Source of the DNA: Parachlamydiales bacterium
Lineage (GTDB): Bacteria; Chlamydiota; Chlamydiia; Chlamydiales; JAJFMK01
Direction of reading: 5' to 3'
Assembly: GCA_963765145.1 (NCBI GenBank)
Contig: CAVXVG010000027.1
Coordinates: 96,001 to 160,000 of the forward strand
DNA: 64,000 bases
Shown here: piece after piece, positions 9,695 to 18,727 of the stretch
How positions within the stretch are numbered: position 1 is the first letter of the stretch
Layout: every line of letters starts with the position of its first letter
Program-made: the position numbers and the translations under genes
Notes under the pieces: generated by a model
The model's input: the letters and a program-made list of their open reading frames with translations, nothing else
Database searches by the model: none
Told to the model about the DNA's origin: nothing

Positions 9695-10382
9695 TTGGCA
9701 GGAAAAATTTGGCAAAGTCTTATTAAGACAATTGCCAATTGACTCGATCAAGCCAAAAGAGCGGATCGAGGTCTATTTGAACAGTTACGAGTCTAAACTT
9801 GTCACTGCACTGGAATATCAACTTCCTGCTGCCTCTTTGTTAATGGGGAAAGAAAAGTTCTACCATTCAGTTGCCTTCCCTTATCTGAAAAAGCATCCCC
9901 CATCCGATTGGTGTATCGAGACTTTTACGAGGGGGCTTGCCCCTTGGCTTGAAAAGGAGAAGTTGTCTCACTTGCATCCATTGCTACTGCCCGTTGTACA
10001 GATCGACCTTGCGTTTCTAAACGCCCATTACCCGGAAGAACGAAAAGGGTGTTTAAACGATGATGTTCAAGTGGTAGAAACAGTTTTCCCCATGATAGAG
10101 ATACGGCAAGCTGTTCTTAAAAAGGAGAAAATCCCCTCTTTTGAGAAGAAAAAGCGGTGTTTTGTTATTTACGGCAATGAAGAGGGAAAGCTTCACAGCA
10201 AAGAGATAGATCCTTTTCACGGGCGTCTTTTGCACTGGATGGCCAAGCATTCTTTTGAAGAGGCCATTGAGCAGCTTGTCCAAGACAGGTCACTTCCTCT
10301 AGACTCTTTAGAGTCGGTTCTTCCTGCGTGGGGGGCGATGTGGGGAGAAATGCGATGGATAGACGAGAAAAGGCTTTCCTAG
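9669..10382 (+). CDS. DUF2063 family MNIO partner protein (HvfC/BufC-like)
   Basis: Overlaps the MNIO stop; WQEKF...ERIEVYLNSY...LMGKEKF...YLKKHPP pattern of DUF2063. Confidence 0.75.
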   Translation: MHPPSSLVSWQEKFGKVLLRQLPIDSIKPKERIEVYLNSYESKLVTALEYQLPAASLLMGKEKFYHSVAFPYLKKHPPSDWCIETFTRGLAPWLEKEKLSHLHPLLLPVVQIDLAFLNAHYPEERKGCLNDDVQVVETVFPMIEIRQAVLKKEKIPSFEKKKRCFVIYGNEEGKLHSKEIDPFHGRLLHWMAKHSFEEAIEQLVQDRSLPLDSLESVLPAWGAMWGEMRWIDEKRLS

Positions 10383-11423
10383 AGGCAATCGGAGATGGTT
10401 TTGTAAAAGAGCCCATCGCGAGTGGGGCTATCAAAGAAAAGTTGTTATTAGAGAAGATAGCCTGTTCTTATGTCAGTAAGTTGCCACGAAAAAGGAAGGA
10501 GAAGGCCCTTTTCGACCAAACACTCTATCAAATTTTTTTTCAGCAGGAAGTGCCGCTTTATGCGATTTTAGATGAATCGCAAAAGCTGGCAAAAAAATAT
10601 ATCCACGCTTCTTTTGCTAAATTTTTGAACGGCGCTTTTCGGTCCATCTCTTCACGTGAAATTCCTAGTTTTAAAGATTTTTCAATTCAATATTCATTGC
10701 CTCCCTTTTTTATTGAAAAAGTGATTCAGGAAAGAGGGAAAGAGCAGGCATTGGACATTTTTCAAGCTTTTCGTGCTCCGCCTCGGCTGTTTGCAAGAAA
10801 AGGAAAAGAGATAATAGAGCTTTCGGGCGCCGGCACCGATTTTGGGGATGATCTCTACATTCAAAACCCTACGCCCATCCATCTTTTCTTTGATTTGGTT
10901 AAAGCTTGCAAAAGAGTCCCAAAAAGGGTGCTGGATATAGCAGCGGCTCCAGGAGGCAAATTGTTATTGGCTTTAGAATGCTTTCCAGAGGCTAAATTAT
11001 TTGGAAATGATGTCAGCGAGAAAAAGTTAGATCTGATCCGAGAAAACCTAGAAAGATTGGGCAAAAAAGCGATATTAAGCTGTAGTTTGGGAGAGGATTT
11101 GCATTTTGATGAGCAATTTGACCTGGTGATAGCCGATGTCCCTTGTTCTAACACAGGAGTGTTGCATAAGCGGGCCGAAAGCTCGCTGGCGCCTTTCGCA
11201 AGAAGAGATCGGTGCAGCTGCTGAAAAGCAAAAAAAATTGGTCAAAAAGGGGCTTGATCTGTTGAAACCGGATGGCGTCCTTTTTTACATGACCTGCAGC
11301 ATCCTAAAAGAAGAGAATGAACAAGTCGTCGAGGAATATCGCCCCTTCTTTCAACGCACTATCTTACCAGATCAAAACGGCTTCGACGGTGGCTTCGCCG
11401 CCCTCCTCCAAAAAACAAGATAA
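10355..11423 (+). CDS. rsmB: NusB-domain RsmB/Fmu-type m5C RNA methyltransferase (one frameshift near 11178)
   Basis: NusB-like N-terminus, LDIAAAPGGK and DVPCSNTGV; continues in a second frame ARWRL...YMTCSI..EEN...DGGF. Confidence 0.85.
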
Positions 11424-11456
11424 CCACTTCGATCTAAGACGTTTTCGTGGTAATAA

Positions 11457-11562
11457 AGAAAAATAACAGGGTGAACAGGATGAACAGGATAAGCTCCGCC
11501 TTGCGTTGGTTTTTTATAGGCGGAGCTTATCCTGTTCATCCTGTTCGCCCTGTTATTTTTCT
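11457..11562. repeat. Palindromic repeat family D (AACAGGATG-unit arms)
   Basis: aaaataacagggtgaacaggatgaacaggataagctccgcc ... ggcggagcttatcctgttcatcctgttcgccctgttatttt. Confidence 0.9.
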
Positions 11563-11625
11563 AGGATACTTTTCCTTAGGTTGATGACTATCCTGTTTAT
11601 TGTTTTTACCCATTATGCTTGGAGC

Positions 11626-12291
11626 ATGATTGAGTATTTCCTAGAGTTTCCGGTGGTGGCAAAGACTATTGTAGAGCCGGTTGATTTTCCGTGTATGCAG
11701 TTGAACCAGGTGCATGGGAATAAAGTGGTTGTGGTGGATAAAACGACACCCTCTTTTCTTGAAGCAGATGCAATGATCACTCAAGAGCTGGATGTGCCGC
11801 TTGTGATACGACATGCCGATTGCCAGGTAGCCATCGTGTATGACCCTGTAAATCATGCTTTAGGCATTGCACATGCTGGTTGGAGAGGACAAACGCTGTC
11901 TATTTATACCATGATGGTAAATCAGATGAAAACGGCCTTCAAATCAGATCCGAAAACCCTTCATGTGGTCTTTTCCCCAAGTCTAGGACCCACGAAATCG
12001 GAATTCAAAAACTACCAAACCGAATTGCCCGAATGGATGTGGAGCTATCAACAAGCTCCTTTTCACTTTAATTTATGGGGCATTGCAAAAGCAGAATTCA
12101 TCTCTTGCGGGCTTTTAGAAGAAAGGATCCAATTGCCAACCCTTTGTACCTATTTGGACAGCCGTTTTCATTCCTATCGTCGCACAAAAACGGCTCAGAG
12201 GAACCATACCTATGGGATATTGAGCTCTTCTAAGCTGAAACTAAAAGGGGAAAAATGCTCTTTCTCAACAGATGACAAAGTATCCCAATAA
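11626..12291 (+). CDS. pgeF: YfiH/PgeF family (purine nucleoside phosphorylase / laccase domain)
   Basis: QVHG, ADAMIT, HADC, HAGWRG and FHSYRR motifs; start at ATG after GGAG. Confidence 0.9.
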   Translation: MIEYFLEFPVVAKTIVEPVDFPCMQLNQVHGNKVVVVDKTTPSFLEADAMITQELDVPLVIRHADCQVAIVYDPVNHALGIAHAGWRGQTLSIYTMMVNQMKTAFKSDPKTLHVVFSPSLGPTKSEFKNYQTELPEWMWSYQQAPFHFNLWGIAKAEFISCGLLEERIQLPTLCTYLDSRFHSYRRTKTAQRNHTYGILSSSKLKLKGEKCSFSTDDKVSQ

Positions 12292-12845
12292 GTAGACATA
12301 AATTCCCACCATCGGTTGGGGTGTTGCTTAAAACCGTTCCTAGTCATAATATCGGAAAGAATTTCTCGATTCTGCCTCTCTTCCTCTGTGCAATCTCGAT
12401 AGTCGCTATAGGCCCTTGGAGTTGTTTCCATATAGGGTGTAGGTAAGGGGAGCAGTTTTCCTTCTTTATCCATTAGCAAAATGTCGACGCTTAAACCTCG
12501 GGTGTGCAAATCGTCTTGGCTGCCTGCTTGAGAAACAAACTTGGGATCAGAAATCACAGCGAAAAGGGCCTGTTGAACATAGAGAGGGCGCAATGCGTCC
12601 ACAATCTTTAATTGGTAACCAAGACTCATCGCGTCTTGTCCTGCTGATAAAAGATTAGAATAACAGCCCCTATGAACAGCGCAGCAAGACTTTTTAGAAA
12701 GGAGGGCAATGCCTAAAGGGTTAGATTTTTCGGTCAAATGGAGTTCATAGGCCAATCCGGTCGTCGGTTGTTCAATGACTATAAAATCTGTGAGTAAGGC
12801 AAGAAGCAAGTTAGCAAGAATCGAGATCAATAATTTGCCCTCCAA
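12210..12845 (-). CDS. VanX-like D-Ala-D-Ala dipeptidase (M15D), divergent active site
   Basis: GYQLKIVDALRP..VQ, HTRGLSVD, NREIL..IM...GF and RWWEF; start uncertain. Confidence 0.8.
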   Translation of the reverse strand: MEGKLLISILANLLLALLTDFIVIEQPTTGLAYELHLTEKSNPLGIALLSKKSCCAVHRGCYSNLLSAGQDAMSLGYQLKIVDALRPLYVQQALFAVISDPKFVSQAGSQDDLHTRGLSVDILLMDKEGKLLPLPTPYMETTPRAYSDYRDCTEEERQNREILSDIMTRNGFKQHPNRWWEFMSTYWDTLSSVEKEHFSPFSFSLEELNIP

Positions 12846-13639
12846 AAGAAACGTTGATCAAGAACAGGGATCGGCTCTCGTTCTACCCAAGGGAAAGGAA
12901 AGCAATAAGACTCGTTCGATAAAGTGGAAGTGCGGTAGAGATCGATTTGTAAACCGGCAATGAATGTCTTTTTAAAGACATGATCATAACCCCCCTTGAT
13001 GAAAACTGAGGTGTTACTGCCAATATTGGCTCTTAAACAAATGGCTCCTCCCCAAACTGAAGGACGGAATTCGTTCCTAAAATAGTATCCTTCGAGCCGT
13101 CCAACTCCTTCAATCCAGGGTAAAAGTCTCAATTTATTTTCTATCCCGAAACGGAAAAGCTGGCAGGGGATGTGGACCATCTCAGCGCCAAAAAAGTAGT
13201 CTCCGATGTAATCATCAAAAAACTCCTCTTCAAACGTTTTTTTCAGAGAGATTGGGTGATTGTATTCTGCAAAAATGCCTCCAATCGGTGTAGGAAAAAT
13301 CATTCCGTATCCGATTTGAAAAAATTCGTCCGTTCTTCTGAAGTAATCGACCGTTCCGTATATCCTTGAGATGGTTTTGTCGTCCGGACAGCCAAAAGCA
13401 ACCCCTAGCAATCCGCTGACGCCATTCCAATCGGTAGAAGGAAAATAGAAGACCCGTCCTTGAAAAAAAGGATTGAGAGGCTGCTCATCTAAAAATGTGG
13501 TGATGCCCACTAAGCCTGAAACATAGTTTGCCTTGTAGCCCAAACCCTTTCCAAAAGTATCTTCAACGGCAAAGTCAATCTGTACCCCGCCGGCTAGAAA
13601 AGATAACATCAAAAGGTAAAGGAGAAAAAATTTCATCAT
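12827..13639 (-). CDS. Secreted outer-membrane beta-barrel-like protein (inverse-autotransporter beta-domain-like)
   Basis: Signal peptide, alternating aromatic beta strands, YDHVFK and PWVERE..I tail. Confidence 0.55.
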   Translation of the reverse strand: MMKFFLLYLLMLSFLAGGVQIDFAVEDTFGKGLGYKANYVSGLVGITTFLDEQPLNPFFQGRVFYFPSTDWNGVSGLLGVAFGCPDDKTISRIYGTVDYFRRTDEFFQIGYGMIFPTPIGGIFAEYNHPISLKKTFEEEFFDDYIGDYFFGAEMVHIPCQLFRFGIENKLRLLPWIEGVGRLEGYYFRNEFRPSVWGGAICLRANIGSNTSVFIKGGYDHVFKKTFIAGLQIDLYRTSTLSNESYCFPFPWVEREPIPVLDQRFFWRANY

Positions 13640-14284
13640 CTACAGTGCACTTAACCTCATCAACATCAAAGTAATGGGCAAAGAGTCGGCAATCCCTAAA
13701 TTGCCCGATGTCAATGACTGGATGGTTAAAGTGGTGCTTCTTAAATTGGCCACTTGAACCACATCTCCCTCATTAAGATGGACGATGGCATACCCAATGT
13801 GTTGCCTTGCTGTTCCGTCTTGGCCATAAAAGGTAGAGTTGAGGTTAGTCGTACCATTTAATCGGATACAGGTAAAAGGGTTCCCTTTTGTGACGTTCAA
13901 ATGGTAGAGGATAAAGTAGGTGCCGCTTACGCCCACTTTAATGGCTCCTGTTGTGTAGGGCTTCTGAGTCACTAAAGAAAACTCTGGCGTCGATACACTA
14001 TCCAGCACATTAAGAGGGAACGCGGTTTCACCCATTACGGTATGGGGTGTGGAACCAGAAAAATAAGCGTAGGCATAGCCTTGGCTATTAGTTTGGATGA
14101 CAGATGTGCCGTTGCCTGCCGGTCCTTGAGCTCCTTGGGGGCCTGGCGGACCCGGTGGACCTTGCGGGCCTGGAGGCCCTTGCACAGGACGTGGAATGAT
14201 TCCCTTTGGAGCCGGCTGGTCCAAAATATCACCATTAAGATGAAAAGTGAGGAATATGAGGAATAGAGAGAGAAATTGTACCAT
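13640..14284 (-). CDS. Collagen-like secreted protein with BclA/C1q-like C-terminal domain
   Basis: Signal peptide, 7 Gly-X-Y triplets, then GTYFILYHL...LNEGDVVQVAN TNF/C1q-like beta-sandwich. Confidence 0.8.
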   Translation of the reverse strand: MVQFLSLFLIFLTFHLNGDILDQPAPKGIIPRPVQGPPGPQGPPGPPGPQGAQGPAGNGTSVIQTNSQGYAYAYFSGSTPHTVMGETAFPLNVLDSVSTPEFSLVTQKPYTTGAIKVGVSGTYFILYHLNVTKGNPFTCIRLNGTTNLNSTFYGQDGTARQHIGYAIVHLNEGDVVQVANLRSTTLTIQSLTSGNLGIADSLPITLMLMRLSAL

Positions 14285-14315
14285 CACAGAGCCCAAGAAT
14301 AAAAAATTCTTTTTA

Positions 14316-15239
14316 CTATGTTGAGATAGTTTTTACAACCTTTTCTTCCTTCTCCTCTTGGCGGACTTCTTCACGATAGAAGAGACGTAACCCAATGTAA
14401 ACGATCACATAAGAAAGAGCAAAAGGCCAAGTGATCCACTCATCCAAGAAAAAATAGCCAAAAAGGGCGGTGAAAAGAGGGGTGGTAAATCCGGCAAAAG
14501 AGATGAAGGTCGCCGTGTATTTCTTCAGGAGATAACCATACAGATTGTAGGCAAAAAGATTGGATACAAGCAGTAGCGCTGTTGCCCCTTCTAAGAAAGG
14601 CGCCCATTCTAGAACAGGAAGTGGGTCCCAAGCTTCAACGCTGTATGAATGGAAAAGGGCAACCAGGCCACCAATGAGCATGCTCCAACCGTTGACTGCA
14701 ATGGGCGAGCTTTCCTTTACAAGCCCTCGCATCAATATCCATCCCCAGCAACTTAAAATAGCCGCTGCAGTGACGGCAATTTCAGGCCATGAAAATATCC
14801 ATAACTGTCCAACCGTCTCTTCTACAGGTGTTGATTCAAGGAGAATAGGGATAAATCCGGCAAATCCAAGCGAAAGGCCAAGCCACTTCATTTTCGATAG
14901 GCTTTCGCTGAAGATAAAATAGGACAAAATAGCTGAAACAAAAGGAGATATGGAGTAAATGAAGCAGGTTTTAAAAGAGGTTAAGTATTGCAAGCCCCAG
15001 AATTCCAGTACGTTGACGAGGTAAATGCTGGTAATTCCAAGAAGTATTAACTGCGGAATTTGCCGTTTTTTAAAGGGAAACAGTGCCCCTTTTCTCAAAG
15101 CAAGAAAGGCTAAAATCAATAGCCCTGCCACTGCCATTCGGGAACCGACCAAAAACAAGGGGGATGTGTAGGAAAGTGTCCATTTTCCTAGGATAAAGAC
15201 CGAGGCAAAGAGGGCGTAAAGTAGGAAAACCAGAGGCAT
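14316..15239 (-). CDS. EamA/DMT transporter, chlamydial SAM/SAH carrier-like
   Basis: About 10 TM segments; PLFLVGSRM, NVLEFWGLQ and CFIYSISPF match the chlamydial CT580-type carrier as recalled. Confidence 0.8.
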   Translation of the reverse strand: MPLVFLLYALFASVFILGKWTLSYTSPLFLVGSRMAVAGLLILAFLALRKGALFPFKKRQIPQLILLGITSIYLVNVLEFWGLQYLTSFKTCFIYSISPFVSAILSYFIFSESLSKMKWLGLSLGFAGFIPILLESTPVEETVGQLWIFSWPEIAVTAAAILSCWGWILMRGLVKESSPIAVNGWSMLIGGLVALFHSYSVEAWDPLPVLEWAPFLEGATALLLVSNLFAYNLYGYLLKKYTATFISFAGFTTPLFTALFGYFFLDEWITWPFALSYVIVYIGLRLFYREEVRQEEKEEKVVKTIST

Positions 15240-15345
15240 AGGGCTTTAACTCATTGAAATTCAATAAACCATTTTACAATAGGGGGGAAATTAAAAGGGA
15301 GGTAAAATGAAGTTAAGAGATATTTTAATTTTTGTGTAGGTTTTT

Positions 15346-16035
15346 ATGAATAAAGCTAAGATTGTATTGATCGAAGATGAACAAGATATTGCCGATCTTT
15401 TAAAGCTGCAGGCAACACTAGAAGGTTACAAGCTGTTCGTGGAACACGATGGCTTGAACGGTTACCGAATGATTGAGCGAGAAAAGCCCGACATAGTGGT
15501 GTTGGATCTGATGTTGCCCGGTATGAGCGGCCTTGATGTATGCAGAAAAATGAAAGCGCACGCCGATTTAAAAGAGATTCCCGTCGTGATGATTTCAGCC
15601 AAAAGTGAAGATTTAGATGTCATTTTGGGTCTTGAGATGGGAGCCGATGACTATGTGACAAAGCCTTTTTCTCCAAAAGTTCTCTTTTCACGGGTCAAAG
15701 CTGTGCTTAGGAGAGGGACAGAGGCTGAAAAAAGCCCTAAAATCTTGAATTTCGGCCCTTTCACCCTCGAAGTAGATCGTTATTTGCTGAAGAAACATGG
15801 AAAAGTCATTCCATTGACGTTGTCAGAGTTTTCAATTCTTCTCCGGCTCGTTTCTAACAAAGGCAAAGTGCTTACCCGAAATCAATTGTTAGATGACATG
15901 CACGGCGATGACAGTTTTGTATTGGATCGAAACATTGACGTGCATATTGCCGCTCTTAGGAAAAAAATGGGCAATGAGTTCAAAGGGATACAGACAGTAC
16001 GGGGACTTGGCTACCGTTTCATGGAAGAAGAGTAA
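15346..16035 (+). CDS. OmpR/PhoB family response regulator (orphan)
   Basis: IEDE, LDLMLPG, GADDYVTKPF, RNIDVHI and TVRGLGY motifs. Confidence 0.93.
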   Translation: MNKAKIVLIEDEQDIADLLKLQATLEGYKLFVEHDGLNGYRMIEREKPDIVVLDLMLPGMSGLDVCRKMKAHADLKEIPVVMISAKSEDLDVILGLEMGADDYVTKPFSPKVLFSRVKAVLRRGTEAEKSPKILNFGPFTLEVDRYLLKKHGKVIPLTLSEFSILLRLVSNKGKVLTRNQLLDDMHGDDSFVLDRNIDVHIAALRKKMGNEFKGIQTVRGLGYRFMEEE

Positions 16036-17026
16036 GCTTTTCCCAGGGGAAATCCCCGGAAAAATGACCTTTGACTGCCGTTTCGTAGTACCGCGGTTTT
16101 TGCAGCTCTAAAAGCGAGAAAATTTCTGCTTTTGTAGCTTTAAAAACCCGTTTTTCAGACCCGTTTTCTGTCAAAACATCAAAAGAATGGTTCTGTTGTT
16201 CGCCGAAGATAAAACTTAAAGTCACAAAGGCCCACTCTCGCCCTTCTGTTTTGACAATGCTTTTTGCAAGCAGGCGGGCTAGGTAAGCGCCTAATCGATC
16301 GACTTTCCCCCCATCTTTACCCGATAAAGCGCCGCCTCCATGAGGAATTTCGCTGCCATACCCAGTTGCAACTAGTTTTCTTCCTGTTAGCCCTGTATCG
16401 GCTTCAAGGCCTCCCTTAAAAAAAGGATGGAAAACGATCATAGACTGTTTATTTAGGTGAGACAATTTTGAAAAGAAAACCCTTCGTAATTCTTCAACAG
16501 AGGGGCCATTTTCTTCCACTTGCCATGAGATCCTAAGCTCTTTGATCATTTCGTTCTCAACAAAGCAGAGCAATTTTCCATCTTTCCCCAGTCCATCTAT
16601 TTTTTCGAGAATTTGGATGGCTTCCAGAGCCAAAGCTTGAGGAAGGGGTAAATAGGAGGGGTGTTCTCTACATGCAAATCCGGTGACTATGGCCTGATCG
16701 GCAAAAGCGCCGTCGAGCACAGCTCTTGAGATTTCGACAGAGGGTGTATGGAGGTGAAAGTGGAGGGGAATGGGTTGGTGGATGCCTACATCTAATAAGA
16801 CTTTCTGTAAGCCCTCTTCTAGTTGAGGAATTGTTTGGCTATCCACTTCGCCTGCTATAGTGATCTGTTCCTGAGAAAGGAGCACCTCAATTCCGATCGA
16901 GGCCAAAGGGTCTTGTTCCAAAATCAGGTCAACAGTCTTGTCGGCTAATTGATCGGCAATCCTGTCTGGGTGCCCTCTACCGACAGCTTCTGCTACACGG
17001 AGTGGGGAATAAAAGGGGAATTTCAT
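16019..17026 (-). CDS. metK: S-adenosylmethionine synthetase, short and divergent
   Basis: EAVGRGHPDR, ADTGLTGRK, HGGGALSGKD..KVDR, GHF and FPWE motifs. Confidence 0.85.
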   Translation of the reverse strand: MKFPFYSPLRVAEAVGRGHPDRIADQLADKTVDLILEQDPLASIGIEVLLSQEQITIAGEVDSQTIPQLEEGLQKVLLDVGIHQPIPLHFHLHTPSVEISRAVLDGAFADQAIVTGFACREHPSYLPLPQALALEAIQILEKIDGLGKDGKLLCFVENEMIKELRISWQVEENGPSVEELRRVFFSKLSHLNKQSMIVFHPFFKGGLEADTGLTGRKLVATGYGSEIPHGGGALSGKDGGKVDRLGAYLARLLAKSIVKTEGREWAFVTLSFIFGEQQNHSFDVLTENGSEKRVFKATKAEIFSLLELQKPRYYETAVKGHFSGDFPWEKLTLLP

Positions 17027-17040
17027 ACACTCACCTTACC

Positions 17041-17391
17041 ATGAGTAAAATTGAGATCAAAGCACAGGATGATGGTCGGATGGAAGCGCGCGGTTTTTTG
17101 CTCCAAACAGGGTCGGATGAGTGGATCCTTTACCCCGAGCCCGCCCTCAAAAGCTGCTGCCATGCAGGCGATCTCAAAATGGGCCTTCCCCTCACAGGCC
17201 ATATCCCCACTCAATGCAAAGGGCAATGTCTCACCCTTCAGGGCACCCTCCAAGCAAACCATTTCGAAGTCTGTTCAAATACAGAAACCTCTTTCCCTGT
17301 TGGCATATCTATCCTGATTCTCACTTTCATGTTACTAGCCTTCTTCGCCAAGCATCAATTTAGGAAAAAGCCTCCAATAAGTTCGGGGTAG
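17041..17391 (+). CDS. Hypothetical membrane-anchored protein (DUF3299-like?)
   Basis: RGFL...ILYPEPALKSCC pattern and a C-terminal TM helix. Confidence 0.55.
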   Translation: MSKIEIKAQDDGRMEARGFLLQTGSDEWILYPEPALKSCCHAGDLKMGLPLTGHIPTQCKGQCLTLQGTLQANHFEVCSNTETSFPVGISILILTFMLLAFFAKHQFRKKPPISSG

Positions 17392-18161
17392 GGGATTTGC
17401 CGGCCGAGGAAGAGGGGGGCGAGGTTGAAGATGGTCTCGGGTTGACTTGAGACGAAAAAGCGCTCGAAACCTTTGTTTAGAGAGAGGTTTTTTAAGTTGT
17501 GAGTTTCAAGTAATTCGACAATGTCATCGATGCAGGATTCGGTCGAGTCGACAATCGAGACCTGGTCGCCCAAAGCTTTTCTGATGTGATGAAGAATCAA
17601 GGGATAGTGGCTACAAGCCAAAACAAGCGTATCGACGTTTTCCTTTTTGAATTTATCGATCGCAGTTTCTACTACAAAAGGTGTTGCATGGTGATTATTC
17701 AGCCCATTTTCAATCAGGTAGGCTAAAGTCGGGCAGGCTTTTGGAAAAAGAGAGATGTTCGGGCAGAGGGCTCGAATGGCGTTTTCATAAGATTTGGAAC
17801 GGATGGTCGATTGGGTGGCTAAAATGCCAACTTTTCCCAGATGGCTTTTTGCCACTTTTTTGGCACAAGGTTCTATCAAGCCGATGACAGGAATGTTCAA
17901 AGACTCTTTCAGAGCCTGCAAACCAAAAGCTGAAGCCGTGTTGCACCCGACAATGAGCATTTTTGCACCCATCTGCTCAAAAAATCTTCCATTTTCTAAG
18001 CAGTAACTAACGATTGCGTCCTTTGATTTTTCTCCATAGGGGAAATGGGCCAGATCACCTAAATAAAGGATTGATTCATTCGGAAGCCGCCGCTGCAGAT
18101 GGTTTAAAACAGCAAGTCCTCCTGATCCAGAGTCAAAAAGGGCTATAGGCGCATCTGTCAT
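17355..18161 (-). CDS. murI: Glutamate racemase
   Basis: FDSGSGG, PYGEKS, GCNTAS and LACSHYP motifs. Confidence 0.95.
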   Translation of the reverse strand: MTDAPIALFDSGSGGLAVLNHLQRRLPNESILYLGDLAHFPYGEKSKDAIVSYCLENGRFFEQMGAKMLIVGCNTASAFGLQALKESLNIPVIGLIEPCAKKVAKSHLGKVGILATQSTIRSKSYENAIRALCPNISLFPKACPTLAYLIENGLNNHHATPFVVETAIDKFKKENVDTLVLACSHYPLILHHIRKALGDQVSIVDSTESCIDDIVELLETHNLKNLSLNKGFERFFVSSQPETIFNLAPLFLGRQIPYPELIGGFFLN

Positions 18162-18727
18162 GGGATCTGCAGTTTCTGTCCGACTCGTATAGTGTCTTTG
18201 GTGAGGTTATTGTGCTCTTTTAAGGCCTTAGTTGTTGTGTTAAAGGCAATGGCGATTTTACCGAGTGAATCCCCATCTTTGACTGTATAGCCTCTGTCTG
18301 AGGATAAAGTGGGCTGCTTAGTGTCTACCCCAAGAGCATCCAAAACCGATTTTAGCGCCAATTCTAAATGACGGATGTTCTTGCTTTGAGCATCCATTTC
18401 TTTTTCTAGCTTGGACAAGGCAGACTCTACACTTTTTTTCAGTGCAACCAAGTCGCCTGCAAAATCTTGTGATATCTTTTGCAATTCATCGACTTTTCCT
18501 GAAGTCTCTGACAAAGTTCCTTTAACAAGTTCTTTGTTCATAGCAAGATGGTTGTCCATCTCGCGTCGAATGGCCTCGATCACAGTTTCTTGGCTTTCAA
18601 TCCTAGCTTTGGCTTGGACCAATTCTGTAGCAAAATTGCCCAATTCATGCCTTAACATGAAATTGGGGTCCTTTTGTGTCTTAGTTGGTCCTGTTGCTAG
18701 CAAAAGAGCAAAAAGGAGAACTTTCAT
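18158..18727 (-). CDS. LysM domain coiled-coil protein (pal-associated)
   Basis: C-terminal YTVKDGDSLGKIA...IRVGQKLQIP. Confidence 0.9.
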   Translation of the reverse strand: MKVLLFALLLATGPTKTQKDPNFMLRHELGNFATELVQAKARIESQETVIEAIRREMDNHLAMNKELVKGTLSETSGKVDELQKISQDFAGDLVALKKSVESALSKLEKEMDAQSKNIRHLELALKSVLDALGVDTKQPTLSSDRGYTVKDGDSLGKIAIAFNTTTKALKEHNNLTKDTIRVGQKLQIP

